Positions 24,801 through 39,800 of a stretch of 64,000 nt of DNA are shown one piece after another. The DNA comes from the human T2T-CHM13v2.0 reference genome, Homo sapiens: NCBI RefSeq assembly GCF_009914755.1, contig NC_060942.1, one strand, 5' to 3'. Every line of letters begins with the position of its first letter. Positions within the stretch are counted from its first letter, which is position 1. The notes beneath the pieces are model-generated. The model saw only the letters and a list, made by a program, of their open reading frames with translations. It was not told the DNA's origin and did not search any database. A program made the translations under genes and the position numbers.

Positions 24801-27800
24801 GCCTATGTTGGAAAAGGAAATATCTTCCCATAACAACTAGACAGAAGCATTCTCAGAAACTTATTTGAGATGTGTGTACTCAACTAAGAGAATTGAACCA
24901 CCGTTTTGAAGGAGCAGTTTTGAAACTCTCTTTTTCTGGAATCTGCAAGTGGATATTTGGCTAGCTTTGGGGATTTCGCTGGAAGCGGGAATACATATAA
25001 AAAGCACACAGCAGCGTTCTGAGAAACTGCTTTCTGATGTTTGCATTCAAGTCAAAAGTTGAACACTCCCTTTCATAGGGCAGTCCTGAAACACCCCTTT
25101 TGTAGTATCTGGAACTGGACTTTTGGAGCGATTTCAGGGCTAAGGTGAAAAAGGAAATATCTTCCCATAAAAACTGGACAGAAGCATTCTCAGAAACTTG
25201 TTTATGCTGTATCTACTCAACTAACAAAGTTGAACCTTTCTTTTGATAGAGCAGTTTTGAAATGGTCTTTTTGTGGAATCTGCAAGTGGATATTTGGCTA
25301 GTTTTGAGGATTTCGTTGGAAGCGGGAATTCATACAAATTGCAGACTGCAGCGTTCTGAGAAACATCTTTGTGATGTTTGTATTCAGGACACAGAGTTGA
25401 ACATTCCCTATCATAGAGCAGGTTGGAATCACTCCTTTTGTAGTATCTGGAAGTGGACATTTGGAGCGCTTTCAGGCCTATTTTGGAAAGGGAAATATCT
25501 TCCCGTAACAACTATGCAGAAGCATTCTCAGAAACTTGTTTGTGATGTGTGCCCTCTACTGACAGAGTTGAACCTTTCTTTTCATAGAGCAGTTTTGAAA
25601 CACTCTTTTTGTAGAATCTGCAAGAGGATATTTGCATAGCTTTGAGGATTTCGTGGGAAACGGGATTGTCTTCAGGTAAAATCTAGACAGAAGCATTCTC
25701 AGAAACTTCTTTGGGATGTTTGCATTCAAGTCACAGAGTAGAACATTCCCTTTGGTAGAGCAGGTTTGAAACACTCTTTTTGTAGTATCTGGAAGTGGAC
25801 ATTTGGAGCGCTTTCAGGCCCATGTTGGAAAGGGAAATATCTTCCCGTAACAACTAGGCAGAAGCATTCTCAGAAACTTATTTGAGATGTGTGTACTCAA
25901 CTAAGAGAATTGAACCACCGTTTTGAAGGAGCAGTTTTGAAACACTCTTTTTCTGGAATCTGCAAGAGGATATTTGCCTAGCCTTGAGGATTTCGTTGGA
26001 AACGGGATTGTCTTCAGAGAAAATCTAGACAGAAGCATTCTCAGAAACTTCTTTGGGATGCTTGCATTCAAGTCACAGAGTAGAACATTCCCTTTGGTAG
26101 AGCAGGTTTGAAACACTCTTTTTGTAGTATCTGGAAGTGGACATTTGGAGCGCTTTCAGGCCTACGTTGGAAAAGGAAATATCTTCCCATAACAACTAGA
26201 CAGAAGCATTCTCAGAAACTAGTTTCTGATGTGTGTCCTCAACTAACACAGTTGAACATTTCTTTAGACAGAACAGTTTTGAAACACTCTTTTTGTGGAA
26301 TCTGCAAGTGGCTATTTGGCTAGATTTGAGGATTTCGTTGGAAACGGGATTACATATAAAAAGCAGCCAGCAGCATTCTCAGAAAGTTCTTTGTGATGAT
26401 TGCATTCAAGTCACAGAATTGAACATTCCCTTTCACAGAGCAGGTTTGAAACACTCTTTTTGTAGTGTGTGTAAGTGGACATTTGGAGCACTTACCGGCC
26501 TAAGGTGAAAAAGGAAATAATCTTCCCATAAAAACTAGACAGAAGCATTCTCAGAAACTTACTCGTGATGTGTGTCCTCAACTAAAGGAGTAGAACCTTT
26601 CTTTTCATAGAGAAGTTTTGAAACGCTCTTTTTGTGGAATCTGCAAGTGGATATTTGGCTAGTTTTGAGGATTTCGTTGGAAGCGGGAATTCATACAAAT
26701 TGCAGACTGCAGCGTTCTGAGAAACATCTTTGTGATGTTTGTATTCAGGACACAGAGTTGAACATTCCCTATCATAGAGCAGGTTTGAATCACTCCTTTT
26801 GTAGTATCTGGAAGTGGACATTTGGAGCGCTTTCAGGCCTATGTTGGAAAAGGAAATATCTTCCCATAACAACTAGACAGAAGCATTCTCAGAAACTTAT
26901 TTGAGATGTGTGTACTCAACTAAGAGAATTGAACCACCGTTTTGAAGGAGCAGTTTTGAAACTCTCTTTTTCTGGAATCTGCAAGTGGATATTTGGCTAG
27001 CTTTGGGGATTTCGCTGGAAGCGGGAATACATATAAAAAGCACACAGCAGCGTTCTGAGAAACTGCTTTCTGATGTTTGCATTCAAGTCAAAAGTTGAAC
27101 ACTCCCTTTCATAGGGCAGTCCTGAAACACCCCTTTTGTAGTATCTGGAACTGGACTTTTGGAGCGATTTCAGGGCTAAGGTGAAAAAGGAAATATCTTC
27201 CCATAAAAACTGGACAGAAGCATTCTCAGAAACTTGTTTATGCTGTATCTACTCAACTAACAAAGTTGAACCTTTCTTTTGATAGAGCAGTTTTGAAATG
27301 GTCTTTTTGTGGAATCTGCAAGTGGATATTTGGCTAGTTTTGAGGATTTCGTTGGAAGCGGGAATTCATACAAATTGCAGACTGCAGCGTTCTGAGAAAC
27401 ATCTTTGTGATGTTTGTATTCAGGACACAGAGTTGAACATTCCCTATCATAGAGCAGGTTGGAATCACTCCTTTTGTAGTATCTGGAAGTGGACATTTGG
27501 AGCGCTTTCAGGCCTATTTTGGAAAGGGAAATATCTTCCCGTAACAACTATGCAGAAGCATTCTCAGAAACTTGTTTGTGATGTGTGCCCTCTACTGACA
27601 GAGTTGAACCTTTCTTTTCATAGAGCAGTTTTGAAACACTCTTTTTGTAGAATCTGCAAGAGGATATTTGCATAGCTTTGAGGATTTCGTGGGAAACGGG
27701 ATTGTCTTCAGGTAAAATCTAGACAGAAGCATTCTCAGAAACTTCTTTGGGATGTTTGCATTCAAGTCACAGAGTAGAACATTTCCTTTGGTAGAGCAGG

Positions 27801-30800
27801 TTTGAAACACTCTTTTTGTAGTATCTGGAAGTGGACATTTGGAGCGCTTTCAGGCCCATGTTGGAAAGGGAAATATCTTCCCGTAACAACTAGGCAGAAG
27901 CATTCTCAGAAACTTATTTGAGATGTGTGTACTCAACTAAGAGAATTGAACCACCGTTTTGAAGGAGCAGTTTTGAAACACTCTTTTTCTGGAATCTGCA
28001 AGAGGATATTTGCCTAGCCTTGAGGATTTCGTTGGAAACGGGATTGTCTTCAGAGAAAATCTAGACAGAAGCATTCTCAGAAACTTCTTTGGGATGCTTG
28101 CATTCAAGTCACAGAGTAGAACATTCCCTTTGGTAGAGCAGGTTTGAAACACTCTTTTTGTAGTATCTGGAAGTGGACATTTGGAGCGCTTTCAGGCCTA
28201 CGTTGGAAAAGGAAATATCTTCCCATAACAACTAGACAGAAGCATTCTCAGAAACTAGTTTCTGATGTGTGTCCTCAACTAACACAGTTGAACATTTCTT
28301 TAGACAGAACAGTTTTGAAACACTCTTTTTGTGGAATCTGCAAGTGGCTATTTGGCTAGATTTGAGGATTTCGTTGGAAACGGGATTACATATAAAAAGC
28401 AGCCAGCAGCATTCTCAGAAAGTTCTTTGTGATGATTGCATTCAAGTCACAGAATTGAACATTCCCTTTCACAGAGCAGGTTTGAAACACTCTTTTTGTA
28501 GTGTGTGTAAGTGGACATTTGGAGCACTTACCGGCCTAAGGTGAAAAAGGAAATAATCTTCCCATAAAAACTAGACAGAAGCATTCTCAGAAACTTACTC
28601 GTGATGTGTGTCCTCAACTAAAGGAGTAGAACCTTTCTTTTCATAGAGAAGTTTTGAAACGCTCTTTTTGTGGAATCTGCAAGTGGATATTTGGCTAGTT
28701 TTGAGGATTTCGTTGGAAGCGGGAATTCATACAAATTGCAGACTGCAGCGTTCTGAGAAACATCTTTGTGATGTTTGTATTCAGGACACAGAGTTGAACA
28801 TTCCCTATCATAGAGCAGGTTTGAATCACTCCTTTTGTAGTATCTGGAAGTGGACATTTGGAGCGCTTTCAGGCCTATGTTGGAAAAGGAAATATCTTCC
28901 CATAACAACTAGACAGAAGCATTCTCAGAAACTTATTTGAGATGTGTGTACTCAACTAAGAGAATTGAACCACCGTTTTGAAGGAGCAGTTTTGAAACTC
29001 TCTTTTTCTGGAATCTGCAAGTGGATATTTGGCTAGCTTTGGGGATTTCGCTGGAAGCGGGAATACATATAAAAAGCACACAGCAGCGTTCTGAGAAACT
29101 GCTTTCTGATGTTTGCATTCAAGTCAAAAGTTGAACACTCCCTTTCATAGGGCAGTCCTGAAACACCCCTTTTGTAGTATCTGGAACTGGACTTTTGGAG
29201 CGATTTCAGGGCTAAGGTGAAAAAGGAAATATCTTCCCATAAAAACTGGACAGAAGCATTCTCAGAAACTTGTTTATGCTGTATCTACTCAACTAACAAA
29301 GTTGAACCTTTCTTTTGATAGAGCAGTTTTGAAATGGTCTTTTTGTGGAATCTGCAAGTGGATATTTGGCTAGTTTTGAGGATTTCGTTGGAAGCGGGAA
29401 TTCATACAAATTGCAGACTGCAGCGTTCTGAGAAACATCTTTGTGATGTTTGTATTCAGGACACAGAGTTGAACATTCCCTATCATAGAGCAGGTTGGAA
29501 TCACTCCTTTTGTAGTATCTGGAAGTGGACATTTGGAGCGCTTTCAGGCCTATTTTGGAAAGGGAAATATCTTCCCGTAACAACTATGCAGAAGCATTCT
29601 CAGAAACTTGTTTGTGATGTGTGCCCTCTACTGACAGAGTTGAACCTTTCTTTTCATAGAGCAGTTTTGAAACACTCTTTTTGTAGAATCTGCAAGAGGA
29701 TATTTGCATAGCTTTGAGGATTTCGTGGGAAACGGGATTGTCTTCAGGTAAAATCTAGACAGAAGCATTCTCAGAAACTTCTTTGGGATGTTTGCATTCA
29801 AGTCACAGAGTAGAACATTCCCTTTGGTAGAGCAGGTTTGAAACACTCTTTTTGTAGTATCTGGAAGTGGACATTTGGAGCGCTTTCAGGCCCATGTTGG
29901 AAAGGGAAATATCTTCCCGTAACAACTAGGCAGAAGCATTCTCAGAAACTTATTTGAGATGTGTGTACTCAACTAAGAGAATTGAACCACCGTTTTGAAG
30001 GAGCAGTTTTGAAACACTCTTTTTCTGGAATCTGCAAGAGTATATTTGCCTAGCCTTGAGGATTTCGTTGGAAACGGGATTGTCTTCAGAGAAAATCTAG
30101 ACAGAAGCATTCTCAGAAACTTCTTTGGGATGCTTGCATTCAAGTCACAGAGTAGAACATTCCCTTTGGTAGAGCAGGTTTGAAACACTCTTTTTGTAGT
30201 ATCTGGAAGTGGACATTTGGAGCGCTTTCAGGCCTACGTTGGAAAAGGAAATATCTTCCCATAACAACTAGACAGAAGCATTCTCAGAAACTAGTTTCTG
30301 ATGTGTGTCCTCAACTAACACAGTTGAACATTTCTTTAGACAGAACAGTTTTGAAACACTCTTTTTGTGGAATCTGCAAGTGGCTATTTGGCTAGATTTG
30401 AGGATTTCGTTGGAAACGGGATTACATATAAAAAGCAGCCAGCAGCATTCTCAGAAAGTTCTTTGTGATGATTGCATTCAAGTCACAGAATTGAACATTC
30501 CCTTTCACAGAGCAGGTTTGAAACACTCTTTTTGTAGTGTGTGTAAGTGGACATTTGGAGCACTTACCGGCCTAAGGTGAAAAAGGAAATAATCTTCCCA
30601 TAAAAACTAGACAGAAGCATTCTCAGAAACTTACTCGTGATGTGTGTCCTCAACTAAAGGAGTAGAACCTTTCTTTTCATAGAGAAGTTTTGAAACGCTC
30701 TTTTTGTGGAATCTGCAAGTGGATATTTGGCTAGTTTTGAGGATTTCGTTGGAAGCGGGAATTCATACAAATTGCAGACTGCAGCGTTCTGAGAAACATC

Positions 30801-33800
30801 TTTGTGATGTTTGTATTCAGGACACAGAGTTGAACATTCCCTATCATAGAGCAGGTTTGAATCACTCCTTTTGTAGTATCTGGAAGTGGACATTTGGAGC
30901 GCTTTCAGGCCTATGTTGGAAAAGGAAATATCTTCCCATAACAACTAGACAGAAGCATTCTCAGAAACTTATTTGAGATGTGTGTACTCAACTAAGAGAA
31001 TTGAACCACCGTTTTGAAGGAGCAGTTTTGAAACTCTCTTTTTCTGGAATCTGCAAGTGGATATTTGGCTAGCTTTGGGGATTTCGCTGGAAGCGGGAAT
31101 ACATATAAAAAGCACACAGCAGCGTTCTGAGAAACTGCTTTCTGATGTTTGCATTCAAGTCAAAAGTTGAACACTCCCTTTCATAGGGCAGTCCTGAAAC
31201 ACCCCTTTTGTAGTATCTGGAACTGGACTTTTGGAGCGATTTCAGGGCTAAGGTGAAAAAGGAAATATCTTCCCATAAAAACTGGACAGAAGCATTCTCA
31301 GAAACTTGTTTATGCTGTATCTACTCAACTAACAAAGTTGAACCTTTCTTTTGATAGAGCAGTTTTGAAATGGTCTTTTTGTGGAATCTGCAAGTGGATA
31401 TTTGGCTAGTTTTGAGGATTTCGTTGGAAGCGGGAATTCATACAAATTGCAGACTGCAGCGTTCTGAGAAACATCTTTGTGATGTTTGTATTCAGGACAC
31501 AGAGTTGAACATTCCCTATCATAGAGCAGGTTGGAATCACTCCTTTTGTAGTATCTGGAAGTGGACATTTGGAGCGCTTTCAGGCCTATTTTGGAAAGGG
31601 AAATATCTTCCCGTAACAACTATGCAGAAGCATTCTCAGAAACTTGTTTGTGATGTGTGCCCTCTACTGACAGAGTTGAACCTTTCTTTTCATAGAGCAG
31701 TTTTGAAACACTCTTTTTGTAGAATCTGCAAGAGGATATTTGCATAGCTTTGAGGATTTCGTGGGAAACGGGATTGTCTTCAGGTAAAATCTAGACAGAA
31801 GCATTCTCAGAAACTTCTTTGGGATGTTTGCATTCAAGTCACAGAGTAGAACATTCCCTTTGGTAGAGCAGGTTTGAAACACTCTTTTTGTAGTATCTGG
31901 AAGTGGACATTTGGAGCGCTTTCAGGCCCATGTTGGAAAGGGAAATATCTTCCCGTAACAACTAGGCAGAAGCATTCTCAGAAACTTATTTGAGATGTGT
32001 GTACTCAACTAAGAGAATTGAACCACCGTTTTGAAGGAGCAGTTTTGAAACACTCTTTTTCTGGAATCTGCAAGAGTATATTTGCCTAGCCTTGAGGATT
32101 TCGTTGGAAACGGGATTGTCTTCAGAGAAAATCTAGACAGAAGCATTCTCAGAAACTTCTTTGGGATGCTTGCATTCAAGTCACAGAGTAGAACATTCCC
32201 TTTGGTAGAGCAGGTTTGAAACACTCTTTTTGTAGTATCTGGAAGTGGACATTTGGAGCGCTTTCAGGCCTACGTTGGAAAAGGAAATATCTTCCCATAA
32301 CAACTAGACAGAAGCATTCTCAGAAACTAGTTTCTGATGTGTGTCCTCAACTAACACAGTTGAACATTTCTTTAGACAGAACAGTTTTGAAACACTCTTT
32401 TTGTGGAATCTGCAAGTGGCTATTTGGCTAGATTTGAGGATTTCGTTGGAAACGGGATTACATATAAAAAGCAGCCAGCAGCATTCTCAGAAAGTTCTTT
32501 GTGATGATTGCATTCAAGTCACAGAATTGAACATTCCCTTTCACAGAGCAGGTTTGAAACACTCTTTTTGTAGTGTGTGTAAGTGGACATTTGGAGCACT
32601 TACCGGCCTAAGGTGAAAAAGGAAATAATCTTCCCATAAAAACTAGACAGAAGCATTCTCAGAAACTTACTCGTGATGTGTGTCCTCAACTAAAGGAGTA
32701 GAACCTTTCTTTTCATAGAGAAGTTTTGAAACGCTCTTTTTGTGGAATCTGCAAGTGGATATTTGGCTAGTTTTGAGGATTTCGTTGGAAGCGGGAATTC
32801 ATACAAATTGCAGACTGCAGCGTTCTGAGAAACAACTTTGTGATGTTTGTATTCAGGACACAGAGTTGAACATTCCCTATCATAGAGCAGGTTTGAATCA
32901 CTCCTTTTGTAGTATCTGGAAGTGGACATTTGGAGCGCTTTCAGGCCTATGTTGGAAAAGGAAATATCTTCCCATAACAACTAGACAGAAGCATTCTCAG
33001 AAACTTATTTGAGATGTGTGTACTCAACTAAGAGAATTGAACCACCGTTTTGAAGGAGCAGTTTTGAAACTCTCTTTTTCTGGAATCTGCAAGTGGATAT
33101 TTGGCTAGCTTTGGGGATTTCGCTGGAAGCGGGAATACATATAAAAAGCACACAGCAGCGTTCTGAGAAACTGCTTTCTGATGTTTGCATTCAAGTCAAA
33201 AGTTGAACACTCCCTTTCATAGGGCAGTCCTGAAACACCCCTTTTGTAGTATCTGGAACTGGACTTTTGGAGCGATTTCAGGGCTAAGGTGAAAAAGGAA
33301 ATATCTTCCCATAAAAACTGGACAGAAGCATTCTCAGAAACTTGTTTATGCTGTATCTACTCAACTAACAAAGTTGAACCTTTCTTTTGATAGAGCAGTT
33401 TTGAAATGGTCTTTTTGTGGAATCTGCAAGTGGATATTTGGCTAGTTTTGAGGATTTCGTTGGAAGCGGGAATTCATACAAATTGCAGACTGCAGCGTTC
33501 TGAGAAACATCTTTGTGATGTTTGTATTCAGGACACAGAGTTGAACATTCCCTATCATAGAGCAGGTTGGAATCACTCCTTTTGTAGTATCTGGAAGTGG
33601 ACATTTGGAGCGCTTTCAGGCCTATTTTGGAAAGGGAAATATCTTCCCGTAACAACTATGCAGAAGCATTCTCAGAAACTTGTTTGTGATGTGTGCCCTC
33701 TACTGACAGAGTTGAACCTTTCTTTTCATAGAGCAGTTTTGAAACACTCTTTTTGTAGAATCTGCAAGAGGATATTTGCATAGCTTTGAGGATTTCGTGG

Positions 33801-36800
33801 GAAACGGGATTGTCTTCAGGTAAAATCTAGACAGAAGCATTCTCAGAAACTTCTTTGGGATGTTTGCATTCAAGTCACAGAGTAGAACATTCCCTTTGGT
33901 AGAGCAGGTTTGAAACACTCTTTTTGTAGTATCTGGAAGTGGACATTTGGAGCGCTTTCAGGCCCATGTTGGAAAGGGAAATATCTTCCCGTAACAACTA
34001 GGCAGAAGCATTCTCAGAAACTTATTTGAGATGTGTGTACTCAACTAAGAGAATTGAACCACCGTTTTGAAGGAGCAGTTTTGAAACACTCTTTTTCTGG
34101 AATCTGCAAGAGTATATTTGCCTAGCCTTGAGGATTTCGTTGGAAACGGGATTGTCTTCAGAGAAAATCTAGACAGAAGCATTCTCAGAAACTTCTTTGG
34201 GATGCTTGCATTCAAGTCACAGAGTAGAACATTCCCTTTGGTAGAGCAGGTTTGAAACACTCTTTTTGTAGTATCTGGAAGTGGACATTTGGAGCGCTTT
34301 CAGGCCTACGTTGGAAAAGGAAATATCTTCCCATAACAACTAGACAGAAGCATTCTCAGAAACTAGTTTCTGATGTGTGTCCTCAACTAACACAGTTGAA
34401 CATTTCTTTAGACAGAACAGTTTTGAAACACTCTTTTTGTGGAATCTGCAAGTGGCTATTTGGCTAGATTTGAGGATTTCGTTGGAAACGGGATTACATA
34501 TAAAAAGCAGCCAGCAGCATTCTCAGAAAGTTCTTTGTGATGATTGCATTCAAGTCACAGAATTGAACATTCCCTTTCACAGAGCAGGTTTGAAACACTC
34601 TTTTTGTAGTGTGTGTAAGTGGACATTTGGAGCACTTACCGGCCTAAGGTGAAAAAGGAAATAATCTTCCCATAAAAACTAGACAGAAGCATTCTCAGAA
34701 ACTTACTCGTGATGTGTGTCCTCAACTAAAGGAGTAGAACCTTTCTTTTCATAGAGAAGTTTTGAAACGCTCTTTTTGTGGAATCTGCAAGTGGATATTT
34801 GGCTAGTTTTGAGGATTTCGTTGGAAGCGGGAATTCATACAAATTGCAGACTGCAGCGTTCTGAGAAACATCTTTGTGATGTTTGTATTCAGGACACAGA
34901 GTTGAACATTCCCTATCATAGAGCAGGTTTGAATCACTCCTTTTGTAGTATCTGGAAGTGGACATTTGGAGCGCTTTCAGGCCTATGTTGGAAAAGGAAA
35001 TATCTTCCCATAACAACTAGACAGAAGCATTCTCAGAAACTTATTTGAGATGTGTGTACTCAACTAAGAGAATTGAACCACCGTTTTGAAGGAGCAGTTT
35101 TGAAACTCTCTTTTTCTGGAATCTGCAAGTGGATATTTGGCTAGCTTTGGGGATTTCGCTGGAAGCGGGAATACATATAAAAAGCACACAGCAGCGTTCT
35201 GAGAAACTGCTTTCTGATGTTTGCATTCAAGTCAAAAGTTGAACACTCCCTTTCATAGGGCAGTCCTGAAACACCCCTTTTGTAGTATCTGGAACTGGAC
35301 TTTTGGAGCGATTTCAGGGCTAAGGTGAAAAAGGAAATATCTTCCCATAAAAACTGGACAGAAGCATTCTCAGAAACTTGTTTATGCTGTATCTACTCAA
35401 CTAACAAAGTTGAACCTTTCTTTTGATAGAGCAGTTTTGAAATGGTCTTTTTGTGGAATCTGCAAGTGGATATTTGGCTAGTTTTGAGGATTTCGTTGGA
35501 AGCGGGAATTCATACAAATTGCAGACTGCAGCGTTCTGAGAAACATCTTTGTGATGTTTGTATTCAGGACACAGAGTTGAACATTCCCTATCATAGAGCA
35601 GGTTGGAATCACTCCTTTTGTAGTATCTGGAAGTGGACATTTGGAGCGCTTTCAGGCCTATTTTGGAAAGGGAAATATCTTCCCGTAACAACTATGCAGA
35701 AGCATTCTCAGAAACTTGTTTGTGATGTGTGCCCTCTACTGACAGAGTTGAACCTTTCTTTTCATAGAGCAGTTTTGAAACACTCTTTTTGTAGAATCTG
35801 CAAGAGGATATTTGCATAGCTTTGAGGATTTCGTGGGAAACGGGATTGTCTTCAGGTAAAATCTAGACAGAAGCATTCTCAGAAACTTCTTTGGGATGTT
35901 TGCATTCAAGTCACAGAGTAGAACATTCCCTTTGGTAGAGCAGGTTTGAAACACTCTTTTTGTAGTATCTGGAAGTGGACATTTGGAGCGCTTTCAGGCC
36001 CATGTTGGAAAGGGAAATATCTTCCCGTAACAACTAGGCAGAAGCATTCTCAGAAACTTATTTGAGATGTGTGTACTCAACTAAGAGAATTGAACCACCG
36101 TTTTGAAGGAGCAGTTTTGAAACACTCTTTTTCTGGAATCTGCAAGAGTATATTTGCCTAGCCTTGAGGATTTCGTTGGAAACGGGATTGTCTTCAGAGA
36201 AAATCTAGACAGAAGCATTCTCAGAAACTTCTTTGGGATGCTTGCATTCAAGTCACAGAGTAGAACATTCCCTTTGGTAGAGCAGGTTTGAAACACTCTT
36301 TTTGTAGTATCTGGAAGTGGACATTTGGAGCGCTTTCAGGCCTACGTTGGAAAAGGAAATATCTTCCCATAACAACTAGACAGAAGCATTCTCAGAAACT
36401 AGTTTCTGATGTGTGTCCTCAACTAACACAGTTGAACATTTCTTTAGACAGAACAGTTTTGAAACACTCTTTTTGTGGAATCTGCAAGTGGCTATTTGGC
36501 TAGATTTGAGGATTTCGTTGGAAACGGGATTACATATAAAAAGCAGCCAGCAGCATTCTCAGAAAGTTCTTTGTGATGATTGCATTCAAGTCACAGAATT
36601 GAACATTCCCTTTCACAGAGCAGGTTTGAAACACTCTTTTTGTAGTGTGTGTAAGTGGACATTTGGAGCACTTACCGGCCTAAGGTGAAAAAGGAAATAA
36701 TCTTCCCATAAAAACTAGACAGAAGCATTCTCAGAAACTTACTCGTGATGTGTGTCCTCAACTAAAGGAGTAGAACCTTTCTTTTCATAGAGAAGTTTTG

Positions 36801-39800
36801 AAACGCTCTTTTTGTGGAATCTGCAAGTGGATATTTGGCTAGTTTTGAGGATTTCGTTGGAAGCGGGAATTCATACAAATTGCAGACTGCAGCGTTCTGA
36901 GAAACATCTTTGTGATGTTTGTATTCAGGACACAGAGTTGAACATTCCCTATCATAGAGCAGGTTTGAATCACTCCTTTTGTAGTATCTGGAAGTGGACA
37001 TTTGGAGCGCTTTCAGGCCTATGTTGGAAAAGGAAATATCTTCCCATAACAACTAGACAGAAGCATTCTCAGAAACTTATTTGAGATGTGTGTACTCAAC
37101 TAAGAGAATTGAACCACCGTTTTGAAGGAGCAGTTTTGAAACTCTCTTTTTCTGGAATCTGCAAGTGGATATTTGGCTAGCTTTGGGGATTTCGCTGGAA
37201 GCGGGAATACATATAAAAAGCACACAGCAGCGTTCTGAGAAACTGCTTTCTGATGTTTGCATTCAAGTCAAAAGTTGAACACTCCCTTTCATAGGGCAGT
37301 CCTGAAACACCCCTTTTGTAGTATCTGGAACTGGACTTTTGGAGCGATTTCAGGGCTAAGGTGAAAAAGGAAATATCTTCCCATAAAAACTGGACAGAAG
37401 CATTCTCAGAAACTTGTTTATGCTGTATCTACTCAACTAACAAAGTTGAACCTTTCTTTTGATAGAGCAGTTTTGAAATGGTCTTTTTGTGGAATCTGCA
37501 AGTGGATATTTGGCTAGTTTTGAGGATTTCGTTGGAAGCGGGAATTCATACAAATTGCAGACTGCAGCGTTCTGAGAAACATCTTTGTGATGTTTGTATT
37601 CAGGACACAGAGTTGAACATTCCCTATCATAGAGCAGGTTGGAATCACTCCTTTTGTAGTATCTGGAAGTGGACATTTGGAGCGCTTTCAGGCCTATTTT
37701 GGAAAGGGAAATATCTTCCCGTAACAACTATGCAGAAGCATTCTCAGAAACTTGTTTGTGATGTGTGCCCTCTACTGACAGAGTTGAACCTTTCTTTTCA
37801 TAGAGCAGTTTTGAAACACTCTTTTTGTAGAATCTGCAAGAGGATATTTGCATAGCTTTGAGGATTTCGTGGGAAACGGGATTGTCTTCAGGTAAAATCT
37901 AGACAGAAGCATTCTCAGAAACTTCTTTGGGATGTTTGCATTCAAGTCACAGAGTAGAACATTCCCTTTGGTAGAGCAGGTTTGAAACACTCTTTTTGTA
38001 GTATCTGGAAGTGGACATTTGGAGCGCTTTCAGGCCCATGTTGGAAAGGGAAATATCTTCCCGTAACAACTAGGCAGAAGCATTCTCAGAAACTTATTTG
38101 AGATGTGTGTACTCAACTAAGAGAATTGAACCACCGTTTTGAAGGAGCAGTTTTGAAACACTCTTTTTCTGGAATCTGCAAGAGTATATTTGCCTAGCCT
38201 TGAGGATTTCGTTGGAAACGGGATTGTCTTCAGAGAAAATCTAGACAGAAGCATTCTCAGAAACTTCTTTGGGATGCTTGCATTCAAGTCACAGAGTAGA
38301 ACATTCCCTTTGGTAGAGCAGGTTTGAAACACTCTTTTTGTAGTATCTGGAAGTGGACATTTGGAGCGCTTTCAGGCCTACGTTGGAAAAGGAAATATCT
38401 TCCCATAACAACTAGACAGAAGCATTCTCAGAAACTAGTTTCTGATGTGTGTCCTCAACTAACACAGTTGAACATTTCTTTAGACAGAACAGTTTTGAAA
38501 CACTCTTTTTGTGGAATCTGCAAGTGGCTATTTGGCTAGATTTGAGGATTTCGTTGGAAACGGGATTACATATAAAAAGCAGCCAGCAGCATTCTCAGAA
38601 AGTTCTTTGTGATGATTGCATTCAAGTCACAGAATTGAACATTCCCTTTCACAGAGCAGGTTTGAAACACTCTTTTTGTAGTGTGTGTAAGTGGACATTT
38701 GGAGCACTTACCGGCCTAAGGTGAAAAAGGAAATAATCTTCCCATAAAAACTAGACAGAAGCATTCTCAGAAACTTACTCGTGATGTGTGTCCTCAACTA
38801 AAGGAGTAGAACCTTTCTTTTCATAGAGAAGTTTTGAAACGCTCTTTTTGTGGAATCTGCAAGTGGATATTTGGCTAGTTTTGAGGATTTCGTTGGAAGC
38901 GGGAATTCATACAAATTGCAGACTGCAGCGTTCTGAGAAACATCTTTGTGATGTTTGTATTCAGGACACAGAGTTGAACATTCCCTATCATAGAGCAGGT
39001 TTGAATCACTCCTTTTGTAGTATCTGGAAGTGGACATTTGGAGCGCTTTCAGGCCTATGTTGGAAAAGGAAATATCTTCCCATAACAACTAGACAGAAGC
39101 ATTCTCAGAAACTTATTTGAGATGTGTGTACTCAACTAAGAGAATTGAACCACCGTTTTGAAGGAGCAGTTTTGAAACTCTCTTTTTCTGGAATCTGCAA
39201 GTGGATATTTGGCTAGCTTTGGGGATTTCGCTGGAAGCGGGAATACATATAAAAAGCACACAGCAGCGTTCTGAGAAACTGCTTTCTGATGTTTGCATTC
39301 AAGTCAAAAGTTGAACACTCCCTTTCATAGGGCAGTCCTGAAACACCCCTTTTGTAGTATCTGGAACTGGACTTTTGGAGCGATTTCAGGGCTAAGGTGA
39401 AAAAGGAAATATCTTCCCATAAAAACTGGACAGAAGCATTCTCAGAAACTTGTTTATGCTGTATCTACTCAACTAACAAAGTTGAACCTTTCTTTTGATA
39501 GAGCAGTTTTGAAATGGTCTTTTTGTGGAATCTGCAAGTGGATATTTGGCTAGTTTTGAGGATTTCGTTGGAAGCGGGAATTCATACAAATTGCAGACTG
39601 CAGCGTTCTGAGAAACATCTTTGTGATGTTTGTATTCAGGACACAGAGTTGAACATTCCCTATCATAGAGCAGGTTGGAATCACTCCTTTTGTAGTATCT
39701 GGAAGTGGACATTTGGAGCGCTTTCAGGCCTATTTTGGAAAGGGAAATATCTTCCCGTAACAACTATGCAGAAGCATTCTCAGAAACTTGTTTGTGATGT

